Source: a virus
Virus record (IMG/VR): IMGVR_UViG_3300046787_000286
Coordinates: 16,060 to 80,059 of that record
Length of the DNA stretch: 64,000 nucleotides
Strand: one strand, 5' to 3'
Part shown: positions 9,562 through 20,000 of the stretch, in pieces
How positions within the stretch are numbered: position 1 is the stretch's first letter
How the letters are laid out: the number at the start of each line of letters is the position of its first letter
Notes under the pieces: generated by a model
Seen by the model: only the letters and a program-made list of their open reading frames with translations
Told to the model about the DNA's origin: nothing
The model's database searches: none
Position numbers and translations under genes: made by a program

Positions 9562-11255
9562 CCCAGACTTTAACAACATTGCGTGAACAATACAATGTGC
9601 TAGCAGTGGTCGATTTAGACCAAACTGCTAGCATGAGTTATTCAGACATGCAAGATTGGCTGCGTAATCAGTGTCAATCCTTGTATGCGCCAGAGTTCAA
9701 CCCAGGCGACAAAATTATTTTTACTTACTCAACAGACACGTATGTAAATGATGATAAGATTGGGTTATTGATTCGCAATTTACAAATATCCATACTTGCA
9801 GTTGATATTAGTACTGCATTTATCACAGTGGTTAGCACAAACCCAACGTTGCTAGCAGAACTAAAGCTAGTGCAAGCAATGAGTGAACTAGATATAGCAA
9901 TTGACGGTGTAGTAGTTGATGCGCCTTGGAACAAAAAAATTGTCAACAAGTACCCTAGCTCTATTAGGGAGTTGTACGATTATGATTCTGTTAACCCATT
10001 AAAGATGTCAATTAATGATTTAAGTGATCGCGAGAGGTCATTGCTTACCAAAAGTAAAGTATTTTGCATATACCCTTGGACACATTTAAATGCAGGTCCA
10101 GACGGACAGGCGTACCCGTGCTGCATGACTGATTTTAAATGTTCTGTGGGGGACACTAAAAAAGATACTCTGGCTACTATATGGAACAATGACCCAATGA
10201 AGCAGGTGCGCTTAGACATGCTAAACGAAACGCCCATTGAAGGATGTAGCCGCTGTTACGAACAAGAAAAGTCGGGCTTTGTTTCTGGCAGAATCAGTGC
10301 AAACAAGCACCACGGACATCATATTAGCAAGGTACTAGAAACCAACCCCGACGGTAGCCTGGACCAATTTAAAATGGTGTACTGGGATATTCGATTTAGT
10401 AACTTGTGTAATTTACGGTGCCGTAGCTGTGGGCACATTTACAGTAGTCAATGGTATCAAGATCAGGCCAAGCTAGCAGGGCCCGCCTGGGCAATTAACA
10501 ATCAAGTGTTGAATTATGCAGGGCGCACCGAAACAGATATGTGGGAACAATTAGAACCCCATTTAGAGTACGTGGAGCAGATTTATTTCGCGGGCGGTGA
10601 GCCATTACTAATGGAAGAACACTATAACATTCTTGAAGAATTACTCAAGCGTGGCCGCACAGATGTTCGATTGATATACAATACAAACTTTACGCACACT
10701 AAGTTAAAGGACAAGTATGTGTTTGAATACTGGAAAAAGTTTGATAGTGTTAGCGTAGGTGCAAGTTTAGACGCAATGGGCCCACGTGGCGAGTATATTA
10801 GAAAAGGCACAAACTGGGCGCAAGTTGAACGCAACAGAGAAAAGATGCTTGAAATTTGCCCGGGTGTTGATTTTTATATTAGTGCAACCCTGAGCATTCT
10901 AAATGCCAAACACCTGCCGGACTTTCATAAAAACTGGGTGGAGCGTGGACTTATTAAAACTCAGGACTTTAACGTAAACATTCTATTAGATCCTTCGTAC
11001 TATCGAATTGACATTGCATCAGAACAGTACAAAGAAGAAATAGCTGCACTGTATCGCGAACACTTGTTCTGGATTGAACAACACGGTGATCATCTTGGCC
11101 GTGCTACTACAGGATTTGAATCAGCTATTAAGTTAATGAATGCAACGGACAACAGCACGTTAATTCCCAAGTTCTGGGAAAAGACTGAGCAGTTGGATGC
11201 TTTAAGAAATGAAACATGCTTGGATATCATACCTGAATTAAAGGCGCTAAAATGA
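9552..11255 (+). CDS. radical SAM family protein, paralog 3 (with N-terminal extension)
   Basis: FSNLCNLRCRSCG, FAGGEP; extra ~170 aa N-terminal domain. Confidence 0.7.
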   Translation: MSITQTLTTLREQYNVLAVVDLDQTASMSYSDMQDWLRNQCQSLYAPEFNPGDKIIFTYSTDTYVNDDKIGLLIRNLQISILAVDISTAFITVVSTNPTLLAELKLVQAMSELDIAIDGVVVDAPWNKKIVNKYPSSIRELYDYDSVNPLKMSINDLSDRERSLLTKSKVFCIYPWTHLNAGPDGQAYPCCMTDFKCSVGDTKKDTLATIWNNDPMKQVRLDMLNETPIEGCSRCYEQEKSGFVSGRISANKHHGHHISKVLETNPDGSLDQFKMVYWDIRFSNLCNLRCRSCGHIYSSQWYQDQAKLAGPAWAINNQVLNYAGRTETDMWEQLEPHLEYVEQIYFAGGEPLLMEEHYNILEELLKRGRTDVRLIYNTNFTHTKLKDKYVFEYWKKFDSVSVGASLDAMGPRGEYIRKGTNWAQVERNREKMLEICPGVDFYISATLSILNAKHLPDFHKNWVERGLIKTQDFNVNILLDPSYYRIDIASEQYKEEIAALYREHLFWIEQHGDHLGRATTGFESAIKLMNATDNSTLIPKFWEKTEQLDALRNETCLDIIPELKALK

Positions 11256-12637
11256 GCGCCTGGGCAGAGTTTTACAACAGTATTCGCGATCCTTCATGGC
11301 CGGATTGTAACAGTGAAACTGACTTTAAAACCTTGCCGCAGCACATACAGCAAGAGTGTTGTGAAGTATTTGGCTATGAGCCTGGCCACTTTGCAACCCA
11401 CAGTAAGTTGCCCAATCGAGTATTTCCTATAAAGACTGAAACTGCTTGCCAATTAAAATGGAATTGGAGTACTGTGTTCTTAACGTCTGAAGAAACTGCC
11501 AGTTGTCACAGAACAAATCATCACAAGTTTGACACAGGCTTGTTTGATTTTCACAATACTCCTTCCAAGCTGGATGATCGTGAACAAATGCTGCAAGGTA
11601 AATGGCCCCAGGCAGGCTGTGACTACTGTAAGAATATAGAAGACGCAGGCGGCGCCAGTGATCGTATTACCAATTTAGATTTCCCGGGCATGCATGCACC
11701 TGTTGAATTAGATCAAGACCCTACTGCTGTTAATGTAACGCCCAGGATACTAGAAGTGTATTTTGACAATACCTGCAACTTAAAATGCTTGTATTGCGGC
11801 CCGCACTTTAGTAGTTTGTGGGACGCTGAAAACGTACGAGCAGGTATCCCAGCATTCAATAAAAGTGCAAACATTGAACAAAATAAACAAAAGCTGTTTG
11901 ACTGGCTAAAGTTAAACCGACAGCATCTCGGTGTGTTTAATATACTAGGCGGTGAACCATTGTATCAGCGCGAGTTGGAGCAGTGTTTAGACTTGTTTGA
12001 ACAATACCCTGCGCCGGACCTAAAGCTACAAATCTTTACCAATCTAAATGCCAAATTGTTACATGTACAAAAGATAGTAGAACGTGTAAACTCGCTAATA
12101 GATAGCGGGTGTATTAGGGAGTTTGAAGTTACTGCTAGTCTTGACTGTTGGGGAGAGCAGCAGGAGTATGTGAGATACCCATTAGACTTAGCAGTTTGGG
12201 AACGTAATTTTGAATACCTGCTGAGTCAACGCTGGATCAATTTAATTGTTAGCTCAACAGTTACTCCTTTAACTATTAAAACTCTACCTGAGCTGCTGTT
12301 AAAAATTCAAACATGGAACAAGACTAGGCCTGTGTATCATTATCAGAACTCTGTAAACAGCCCTAGCTATTTGTTCATTGATATATTTGGGGATATATTT
12401 AGAAATGATTTTGATCGTGCTGTTGCACTAAAACCCGCAACTACCCCCGAAGAAGTTGCTAGTAAGAATTATCTACAAGGCATTGCAGCACAGTCTGCAC
12501 ACGCAGGTGCAAACATAAAAGAAATCAGCAAGTTGTTTAATTTTTTAAATACTATAGACCAAAGAAGAAATACCAATTGGTCAACCACATTCCCCTGGCT
12601 TGTTAATGAGTTTAACAAATACGGATTAATTAAATGA
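11252..12637 (+). CDS. radical SAM family protein, paralog 4
   Basis: FDNTCNLKCLYCGP, ILGGEP; ATGA overlap with the upstream gene. Confidence 0.7.
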   Translation: MSAWAEFYNSIRDPSWPDCNSETDFKTLPQHIQQECCEVFGYEPGHFATHSKLPNRVFPIKTETACQLKWNWSTVFLTSEETASCHRTNHHKFDTGLFDFHNTPSKLDDREQMLQGKWPQAGCDYCKNIEDAGGASDRITNLDFPGMHAPVELDQDPTAVNVTPRILEVYFDNTCNLKCLYCGPHFSSLWDAENVRAGIPAFNKSANIEQNKQKLFDWLKLNRQHLGVFNILGGEPLYQRELEQCLDLFEQYPAPDLKLQIFTNLNAKLLHVQKIVERVNSLIDSGCIREFEVTASLDCWGEQQEYVRYPLDLAVWERNFEYLLSQRWINLIVSSTVTPLTIKTLPELLLKIQTWNKTRPVYHYQNSVNSPSYLFIDIFGDIFRNDFDRAVALKPATTPEEVASKNYLQGIAAQSAHAGANIKEISKLFNFLNTIDQRRNTNWSTTFPWLVNEFNKYGLIK

Positions 12638-13842
12638 ATATTCCACACGATAAATTTTGCGTACTACCTTGGATCAGCTTAGAAGCATCACCCATTGGTA
12701 CTGTGCGCCCATGCTGTTTGGCAAAATATGAACTGTACGACAATGATGGCAGCAAGTTTAATCTAGCCACAGCTAAGTTTACTGGCATACAGAACTCTAC
12801 AGAAATGCGCTCGTTGCGCGAACAGTTCCTAGAAGGCACAAAGCCTGCCACATGCGAAAAGTGCTGGGCCGAAGAAGATGCCGGACGTACATCAAAGCGT
12901 ATGCACACACTAGATAGACTAAAGCACATGGGCATTACAGGGGACTGGACTACAGATGCCAAGCCTTTAATGTTCTTGGACCTAAAGCTGGGCAACATCT
13001 GTAACCTAAAGTGCCGTATATGCGGGTCATGGTCAAGCTCACAGTTTGCGTCAGAAGAACTAAAGTTTGTGTCTGACAAAAAGAATTCATTCCATTATCA
13101 AATGCTTCGAGACGGTGCATGGCCCAGGGAAAACGAATCATTTTGGACAGAAATAGATAATGCATTAACAGATATTCGTTACATTGAATTCACTGGTGGG
13201 GAGCCATTTCTAATACAAGAACACTTTGATATGCTGCAAGGCATTGTGGATCGTGGTATTGCGCACAATGTAGAAATACATTACAATACAAATGGCACTC
13301 AATACCCTGAGCAAGCCGAGCAGATCTGGAAGCACTTTAAAACCGTGGAAATTGCATTTTCAATTGATGATCTAGACACACGCTTTGAATACCAACGCTC
13401 TAACGCTGTGTGGGCAGAAGTATGTGCTAACCTAGATCGATTCCGCGACTTAAAAGAAACACATGCCAATATCAAGCTACAGATATGCACCACTGTAAAT
13501 GTGTTTAATGTGTACTATATAGATCAAGTTGCAGATTGGATTGCTAACAATAGAGAATCCTTTGATTTTGTATACTGGAATATGTTACACGAAATTTGGT
13601 ACTTCTCTATCAGTCGATTGCCCCACACAGTAAAAACAGTGCTAGAAACACATTTAAACTCCTGTGCTATTCCCACTGAGTTTGTGGGAGAGTTTAAAAA
13701 GATTATTGATTTTATGAACAACGGCGAATCATCAGATGGCTCTGCTATGTTAGCAGCAATGAAACAATTGGATCAACGTAGAAATCAGAACTTATCACAC
13801 GTAATGCCAGAGCTGGCAGGATTAATTGGTTATGACATTTAA
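12634..13842 (+). CDS. radical SAM family protein, paralog 5
   Basis: LGNICNLKCRICGS, FTGGEP; ATGA overlap. Confidence 0.7.
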   Translation: MNIPHDKFCVLPWISLEASPIGTVRPCCLAKYELYDNDGSKFNLATAKFTGIQNSTEMRSLREQFLEGTKPATCEKCWAEEDAGRTSKRMHTLDRLKHMGITGDWTTDAKPLMFLDLKLGNICNLKCRICGSWSSSQFASEELKFVSDKKNSFHYQMLRDGAWPRENESFWTEIDNALTDIRYIEFTGGEPFLIQEHFDMLQGIVDRGIAHNVEIHYNTNGTQYPEQAEQIWKHFKTVEIAFSIDDLDTRFEYQRSNAVWAEVCANLDRFRDLKETHANIKLQICTTVNVFNVYYIDQVADWIANNRESFDFVYWNMLHEIWYFSISRLPHTVKTVLETHLNSCAIPTEFVGEFKKIIDFMNNGESSDGSAMLAAMKQLDQRRNQNLSHVMPELAGLIGYDI

Positions 13843-14938
13843 ATGTAAACTACCCTGGCAGGCTCTGCACATTGTAACAGGTATGATCGCTCCTTGTTGC
13901 AATTTTTCAAGGGTAGGTCCACCGCCAGCTAGTCTTGACGAATATATCAACAGCGCAGAACTAAAGTCTATTAGACAGCAACTGTCGCAAGGGGTAGCTC
14001 CTCGGGAGTGCAAGAACTGTGTTCACGAAGAAAAGATTTCTGGACACAGTCATAGAACTCTTTCAAATCGATTTGAAAATAATGATCCTGTGTATGAATT
14101 TGAAAATGTGTCTATTGTTACTAGCAATACATGCAATCTAAAATGCACTAGCTGCACGGGTAATAGCAGTTTTGTTCGTGGCTTAGAATTAACAAAAATG
14201 GGTCTAGCCGCCAAGTCACCAGGACATTTTACTCATACATTAGATATTGATGCGCTAATAAATTACCCCATTAAATCATTAACAATATCTGGTGGCGAGC
14301 CATTTGTTGATAGTACTAGAGAAGTGCTGGACAAACTTGTGCATGCGGGCCGCAGCACTGTGATTGATCTAAGACTAAATTCAAACTGCACAATGATAAC
14401 ACGTGACTGGTTAGAGTATCTTAACAGTAACTTTAAATCAACCATGATCAAGGCCAGCTTGGATGGAGTAGGCGCAGTTAATGATTATTTGCGTTACCCC
14501 AGTAACTGGGATGAAATTGCAGCAAACTTAGCAATGCTCAAAGAATACCCACGCATTACTGCTGTGTTAGTAACCAGCGTATTGAGTAATCTAAGCGTGA
14601 TTAGATTTCATGATCTTATCAATTGGTGTGTTGATAACAACATTGAAGATCTAGTGGTATTAACACTTCGTAACCCTGTACACATGCAACCACATGTGCT
14701 ACCTGCAGAGCTAAAGCAACAACTGTTATTGACATATACTGAATTGAGAGAAAAACACAAACACGCTGGAGATCGCATTGTGGAATGTATTGATACATGT
14801 ATAGGGATTTGTAGCAATCAAACCTCCACTGCTGATGAATTCACTCGCGCACTAGAATGGTATCAAGCACATGATCGCCATCGCGGCAATAACATATTTG
14901 ATGTATTCCCAGAATTAAAACCATATGAACAAACCTGA
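13826..14938 (+). CDS. radical SAM family protein, paralog 6
   Basis: TSNTCNLKCTSCTG, ISGGEP. Confidence 0.7.
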   Translation: MVMTFKCKLPWQALHIVTGMIAPCCNFSRVGPPPASLDEYINSAELKSIRQQLSQGVAPRECKNCVHEEKISGHSHRTLSNRFENNDPVYEFENVSIVTSNTCNLKCTSCTGNSSFVRGLELTKMGLAAKSPGHFTHTLDIDALINYPIKSLTISGGEPFVDSTREVLDKLVHAGRSTVIDLRLNSNCTMITRDWLEYLNSNFKSTMIKASLDGVGAVNDYLRYPSNWDEIAANLAMLKEYPRITAVLVTSVLSNLSVIRFHDLINWCVDNNIEDLVVLTLRNPVHMQPHVLPAELKQQLLLTYTELREKHKHAGDRIVECIDTCIGICSNQTSTADEFTRALEWYQAHDRHRGNNIFDVFPELKPYEQT

Positions 14939-16220
14939 CACAATGTGTTTAGCGCCGTGGGTGCATACATATCTAAGCCCGCAAACAGAGCGTAGAATGT
15001 GCTGTGCGAGTCGCGAACCTGCACAGAACTTTACCCAGTATATAGACACTGGCGCCGGTACCGGGAAATACATTCCTTTAACACTGGAGCAGCACTGGAA
15101 TAGTGACCACATGAAGAGTGTGCGTAAAAGAATGATGAACGGGGAAACTCTCCCAGAATGTGAAGTATGCAATGACCGACTCCTTAACACTTCAGTATAC
15201 CGCACCTACTTCGATCATTTATTTCAGCACAAACTCCCCGAAGTTTACGCTACAACGCTGGAGGATGGTTTCACGACTATGGCTCCTGTATCGTGGGATT
15301 ATAGGTTCAGTAACTTATGTAACTTCAAGTGCAGGACCTGCGGAGATATGCTATCATCAGCCTGGGAATCAGAGCAGAAGACTCATAGCATGGTTAATTG
15401 GCACGACAGCAAAAACAATTGGATGGTACCCGAAATTCGCAAAGAGATATCACAATTTCAGGATGGTGAGATTGAGGCCGAATTTAGTGCGGCTGTAGAA
15501 AATCATTCAGTAGAAGAAATATACTGGGTAGGTGGAGAACCGCTGATGTACGAACAGCATTGGCGCTATATGAAAAGAATTGTGGAGCTGGGTGATGGAC
15601 CTAAACTATACGCTAGATACAATACTAATTTGTCTAGAATTAGCTATCGGGGTATATCTCTTTATAGGGATATCCTCGCTCATGTACGGGATTGGCAGAT
15701 ATGTGCTAGCTTGGATGGAACTAACGAAATCGGTGAATATATTCGTACAGGACTGGATTACAAACAGTTCTTTGATAATTTTGAATACGGATTACAACAT
15801 GCAAAGCACCGCAGACAAATGCGTATTGACTTTACCCTCACACTACCCGGGATGTTCGAGACTGGTGCGATACAACGCCTGGCTCAGTACTGGGGCGTGG
15901 AACTACTAAGCAAGGTAATCTTTAGCTTTAGTCCAGATATCATAATGAGTCCGCTGGCTCTGCCCCGGCACATACTGCATCCTTGGCTAGATGAATTGAT
16001 TGCAGAATGTACTCAAGACAGCATGCGTGATGTATTAACACAGCTAAAGAACCGCCCTACGTTTGATGAACAATGGCCAAATGAGTACCAAGCAGCTCTT
16101 GCTCGAGGCCGGGCTCGTGTGTTAAAATTAGAACAAATACGCACACAAAAAGTAACCATGACTGACATATTGAGTCAGCGTAAAGATGTATTAGAATGGT
16201 GGATGAACATTGAAACTTGA
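14925..16220 (+). CDS. radical SAM family protein, paralog 7
   Basis: FSNLCNFKCRTCGD, WVGGEP; the start may instead be at MCLAPW (14943). Confidence 0.7.
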   Translation: MNKPDTMCLAPWVHTYLSPQTERRMCCASREPAQNFTQYIDTGAGTGKYIPLTLEQHWNSDHMKSVRKRMMNGETLPECEVCNDRLLNTSVYRTYFDHLFQHKLPEVYATTLEDGFTTMAPVSWDYRFSNLCNFKCRTCGDMLSSAWESEQKTHSMVNWHDSKNNWMVPEIRKEISQFQDGEIEAEFSAAVENHSVEEIYWVGGEPLMYEQHWRYMKRIVELGDGPKLYARYNTNLSRISYRGISLYRDILAHVRDWQICASLDGTNEIGEYIRTGLDYKQFFDNFEYGLQHAKHRRQMRIDFTLTLPGMFETGAIQRLAQYWGVELLSKVIFSFSPDIIMSPLALPRHILHPWLDELIAECTQDSMRDVLTQLKNRPTFDEQWPNEYQAALARGRARVLKLEQIRTQKVTMTDILSQRKDVLEWWMNIET

Positions 16221-17250
16221 TGAAATTGAAATCACCCTGCGTGGCAAAGACAGTGAGTTAACTGTTTACATAGACATAGATAACAACAGTCTAAGCCGTA
16301 AATGGCTGGGTGCATTAAATCATTTAATTGCAAATGATTATCATTTAGAAAAGAATTACTGCTGGCTAGGGTGGACAGGGACAGAAAGATCAGTTGATTT
16401 ATTGTGTCAAAACATTAACCGTAGTGTTGAGCATATTAACCGCAGCGCATTAGACTATTACATAGCTACAGATCCATTTACCTCTGCTAATGTAGTAGAT
16501 GAAAAGCTAGGTGTAAACCACGAGCGCATGAATCTGCTGCATCGTTGGTTTGAAGACCTGCAAGGATGGTCTGGCAGTATCTCAAACCACTATAACAGTG
16601 CAGACACAGAAACACGCTGGCATATACGTCAATTAAATCTCCTGTGCCACGAGCTAGAAAGCCTTGTGTTAAGCATACGCAAAGACTCAACAGCACCAGA
16701 ATGGAAGCGCCCTAGTCAATTAATGTGTTGGCTAAATGCTCCACGTTATGAATTAGAGGAAGAAGATTATGAGCTCTTTGGGGTTGATACTATTAATCGT
16801 AGTCTCGGTGGTGTGTATGTGGGAGTTAATAAAGCAGTGGGCAAACATCATTGGGAAGTGTTCTGTGACGAAGGCAGAGATAGTAGAATTGGTGAGCTGG
16901 TTACTAGTTCCTTACGTTCGCAAACTCAAGCCGCTGGGGACTTTGATATTGAATGGGCCCGTGACCCTGGAGCGTTTCACTGGCAGATCAAACAACTGGG
17001 TGAGTTTAAAGAGTGGCTTACAAATAACGGGTTCGACCCAGACGATAAGCACCTTACAATCGGGCACCCGCAAGTGGGACAAGTGGATCTCAACAGGTCG
17101 TTTGGGTCAACTGACTATCGAGAGATATGGCGCCAGCTATCCACTAAGCTGGATGTGTATAAAATACGCACATCATCTGCTGAAGCTATATATGATTACA
17201 GATGGTCGGATATCGATTATGCTAAACAACAACAAAGGTATTTAAAATGA
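16210..17250 (+). CDS. hypothetical protein
   Basis: 346 aa ORF coupled to the radical SAM array. Confidence 0.45.
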   Translation: MKLDEIEITLRGKDSELTVYIDIDNNSLSRKWLGALNHLIANDYHLEKNYCWLGWTGTERSVDLLCQNINRSVEHINRSALDYYIATDPFTSANVVDEKLGVNHERMNLLHRWFEDLQGWSGSISNHYNSADTETRWHIRQLNLLCHELESLVLSIRKDSTAPEWKRPSQLMCWLNAPRYELEEEDYELFGVDTINRSLGGVYVGVNKAVGKHHWEVFCDEGRDSRIGELVTSSLRSQTQAAGDFDIEWARDPGAFHWQIKQLGEFKEWLTNNGFDPDDKHLTIGHPQVGQVDLNRSFGSTDYREIWRQLSTKLDVYKIRTSSAEAIYDYRWSDIDYAKQQQRYLK

Positions 17251-17344
17251 AATGGATTAAAAATCTATGGGCAAGGATCACGTTAGAAATACGTTATCGT
17301 AAAAAACTAAAAGAACTACGTAAACGCGACCCATTTATCTACAA

Positions 17345-18826
17345 ATGAATACACTAGGCATATCAGCAGGGTTTCATGATGCAGCAGCGTCTGTAATTGA
17401 CCGCGACGGTAACATACTGTTTGCCAGTCATTCTGAACGTTATAGTAAACAAAAGAGTGACTCAGATATTTCGTTAGAAATGTTAAACGAAATAGATATG
17501 AGTACTGTAGATACCATTGCGTACTACGAGCGTCCTTTAGTTAAACAACTACGTCAATTTTATTCCGGACAAGGGATTGAGTGGGATAAGCTAACTACTC
17601 GACAAGTATTAGAACAACAGTTGGGCTACAACAGAATTGGCAATCGCAAGCTAAAAAGCTACAATCATCACTTGTGTCATGCAGCCGCAGGCTTTCAAAC
17701 CAGCTCGTTTGATCGTGCTACTGTAGTTGTGATTGATGCAGTAGGCGAGTTTGAAACCATTACTATATGGGGAGCAGAATATGATAAACACGGTCGTGCA
17801 AAGTATAAGAAACTTTGGCAACAACATTACCCACATTCAATTGGACTCTTTTACACTGGAGTTACTCAGCGGGTTGGCCTACGCCCACTAGACGAAGAAT
17901 ACATTCTAATGGGAATGGCAGCATACGGCAGTAACGACGTTAGTAATCGCATGCGTTATGATCTAATAGACGACGAATGGGAAATACGTTTCAAGGAGAA
18001 CTTGCATCTAGGACTGTCAGTTAAATATCTAAGCGATTATTCAGACTTTGATATTGCTGCCGGCGCACAAGACTTGGTAGAAGACCTGATACTCAACGTT
18101 ATGGTTCGAGCAAGAAAGTTCAAGTGGAGCAGTAATTTAGTCTACATGGGCGGTGTTGCTCTTAATTGCTCTGCTAATAGGAGAATTGGAAATTATTTCG
18201 ATAATATATGGATTATGCCTAATCCTGGCGATGCTGGCAGTAGTCTTGGCGCTGCCGCTTTGGCTCATGGGCGTAAAATTAACTGGAGCAACGCTTATCT
18301 CGGGCATGATATTCCTGGTGCTTATCCTGTTAACGACATACTTGATGAGCTACTTGTTCGGAAGATTGTGGGAGTGGCTTCCGGGAGAGCCGAGTTCGGT
18401 CCAAGAGCACTTGGAAACAGAAGCCTGCTTGCAGATCCTAGAGGCAGCGAGATTAAGGAGAAAGTAAATGACATTAAACGTAGACAACAATTCAGACCAT
18501 TTGCGCCCGTTATTTTGGAGGAACTGGCTGATACTTACTTTGATATGCCTCGTGGCTTCAGTAATAGTAGGTATATGCAGTCAGTCGCTCGTTGTAGGGT
18601 ACCTGAGTTATTTCCTGCTATCGTTCACGCTGACGGCACTAGTCGTGTTCAGACAGTGCCGAAAGATGGATCAGGCATTAGAGAACTGCTTGAAAAATGG
18701 TACGTAATGACTGACTGCCCCATGTTGCTTAACACAAGTTTAAACATACGTGGGGAGCCTATGGTTAACGATCGAGCAGACGCTGACCGCTTTGAACGAG
18801 AGTATGGGGTTAGAGTATGTTCTTAA
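17345..18826 (+). CDS. carbamoyltransferase (NodU/CmcH family)
   Basis: N-terminal MNTLGISAGFHDAAASVID..HSERYSKQK and overall architecture typical of O-carbamoyltransferases. Confidence 0.7.
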   Translation: MNTLGISAGFHDAAASVIDRDGNILFASHSERYSKQKSDSDISLEMLNEIDMSTVDTIAYYERPLVKQLRQFYSGQGIEWDKLTTRQVLEQQLGYNRIGNRKLKSYNHHLCHAAAGFQTSSFDRATVVVIDAVGEFETITIWGAEYDKHGRAKYKKLWQQHYPHSIGLFYTGVTQRVGLRPLDEEYILMGMAAYGSNDVSNRMRYDLIDDEWEIRFKENLHLGLSVKYLSDYSDFDIAAGAQDLVEDLILNVMVRARKFKWSSNLVYMGGVALNCSANRRIGNYFDNIWIMPNPGDAGSSLGAAALAHGRKINWSNAYLGHDIPGAYPVNDILDELLVRKIVGVASGRAEFGPRALGNRSLLADPRGSEIKEKVNDIKRRQQFRPFAPVILEELADTYFDMPRGFSNSRYMQSVARCRVPELFPAIVHADGTSRVQTVPKDGSGIRELLEKWYVMTDCPMLLNTSLNIRGEPMVNDRADADRFEREYGVRVCS

Positions 18827-20000
18827 CCAGCTCTGCTAGCTTTAGTTTCTTATCCAAGCTGCTGAGATATAGCTGACGATTATACTGCATATCTTCCCAC
18901 ATACTCATATACCAGGCGTGCATGTCCAGGTTTTTTATTTTCTTTACAGCTTCCACACATAGTTTAAAACGCTCAGTGTTATCTTCCACTTCGTCATAAC
19001 TGTTGTCAATTGCATAGTCATAGGTTCTGTACCCTAATTTACGCAAAGTCTTTAATGTATGTGGAGTACCGAATACCACAAATGGTTGTCCGTGACGAAT
19101 AGGTTTAAACACCTTTTCACTAATGAAACAACCGTTGCTGCCGTCTGCATCAAAGAACGTTTCTAGTACTAAATGACAATAGCTATCAGCATAGTGCTCA
19201 GGTACAAACATCCAGTGACTGTTATGTTCTGTGGCGTTTTGTTCGTCGCACTTGTAAGGCCCTGCTGCTAAAAACTCAGCCATGCTGGTATCTAGCCTGG
19301 CAAATTGATGCACTTGAATTGGGTTGTCTTCGTAACGATCGCCAATGTCCACATTGCCGTAACTCCAGTAGCTATTGCCCAGCAACTGATTATTATACAA
19401 ATGACTCACAATAGTTGAGCGCCACCATTTGTGTACACGACTTAATAGTGTAAACTCTCTATTGCGCTTGAACAGGTGAGGCTCACACCCAATTTGCGGA
19501 ATATCATTCCATACTACACTATTGCGCCAGTAAAACAATTCGTGATCAGCAAAGTAAACAAAGTTATCTATACTGTCTGCTTCTGTGTTACCGGATATAA
19601 AGCGATAGCAGTCTACTGGCAAGTTATGCTCCGCACACAGTTGATCTAGTCGTGCTTTTTCGTGATGCGGATTGTCGCCTTCGTGATAATAGAATAACGC
19701 ACGTAATTTGCCACTACGCAGATAGCTTCTAACTTGCTCGCTCATTAGGCCAAAGAAGTCTAGTGAAAAGTCAAACCAACTGATACCAATAGGGTAGAAC
19801 GCATTGGGCGGCAATGACTCGTTGATGTAGCTGATGTTAATAGGAAAGCCGTGATCCGCTGCATAGTAGAATATGCGTATGGGACAAATAAATGGATACT
19901 CGTCACCTATGTCACTGTATCCTGTGCGTGTGTCTGTCCAGGGTGCTAGATTAGGGTAAGGCCCTGCAGAGCCTGTTCGATCATAAACGAGATTCAGCAT
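18810..20000 (-). CDS. glycosyltransferase-like protein (TEK-motif paralog)
   Basis: LETFFD...ISEKVFKPIRHGQPF, paralogous to 7185..8270. Confidence 0.4.
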   Translation of the reverse strand: MLNLVYDRTGSAGPYPNLAPWTDTRTGYSDIGDEYPFICPIRIFYYAADHGFPINISYINESLPPNAFYPIGISWFDFSLDFFGLMSEQVRSYLRSGKLRALFYYHEGDNPHHEKARLDQLCAEHNLPVDCYRFISGNTEADSIDNFVYFADHELFYWRNSVVWNDIPQIGCEPHLFKRNREFTLLSRVHKWWRSTIVSHLYNNQLLGNSYWSYGNVDIGDRYEDNPIQVHQFARLDTSMAEFLAAGPYKCDEQNATEHNSHWMFVPEHYADSYCHLVLETFFDADGSNGCFISEKVFKPIRHGQPFVVFGTPHTLKTLRKLGYRTYDYAIDNSYDEVEDNTERFKLCVEAVKKIKNLDMHAWYMSMWEDMQYNRQLYLSSLDKKLKLAELVKNIL

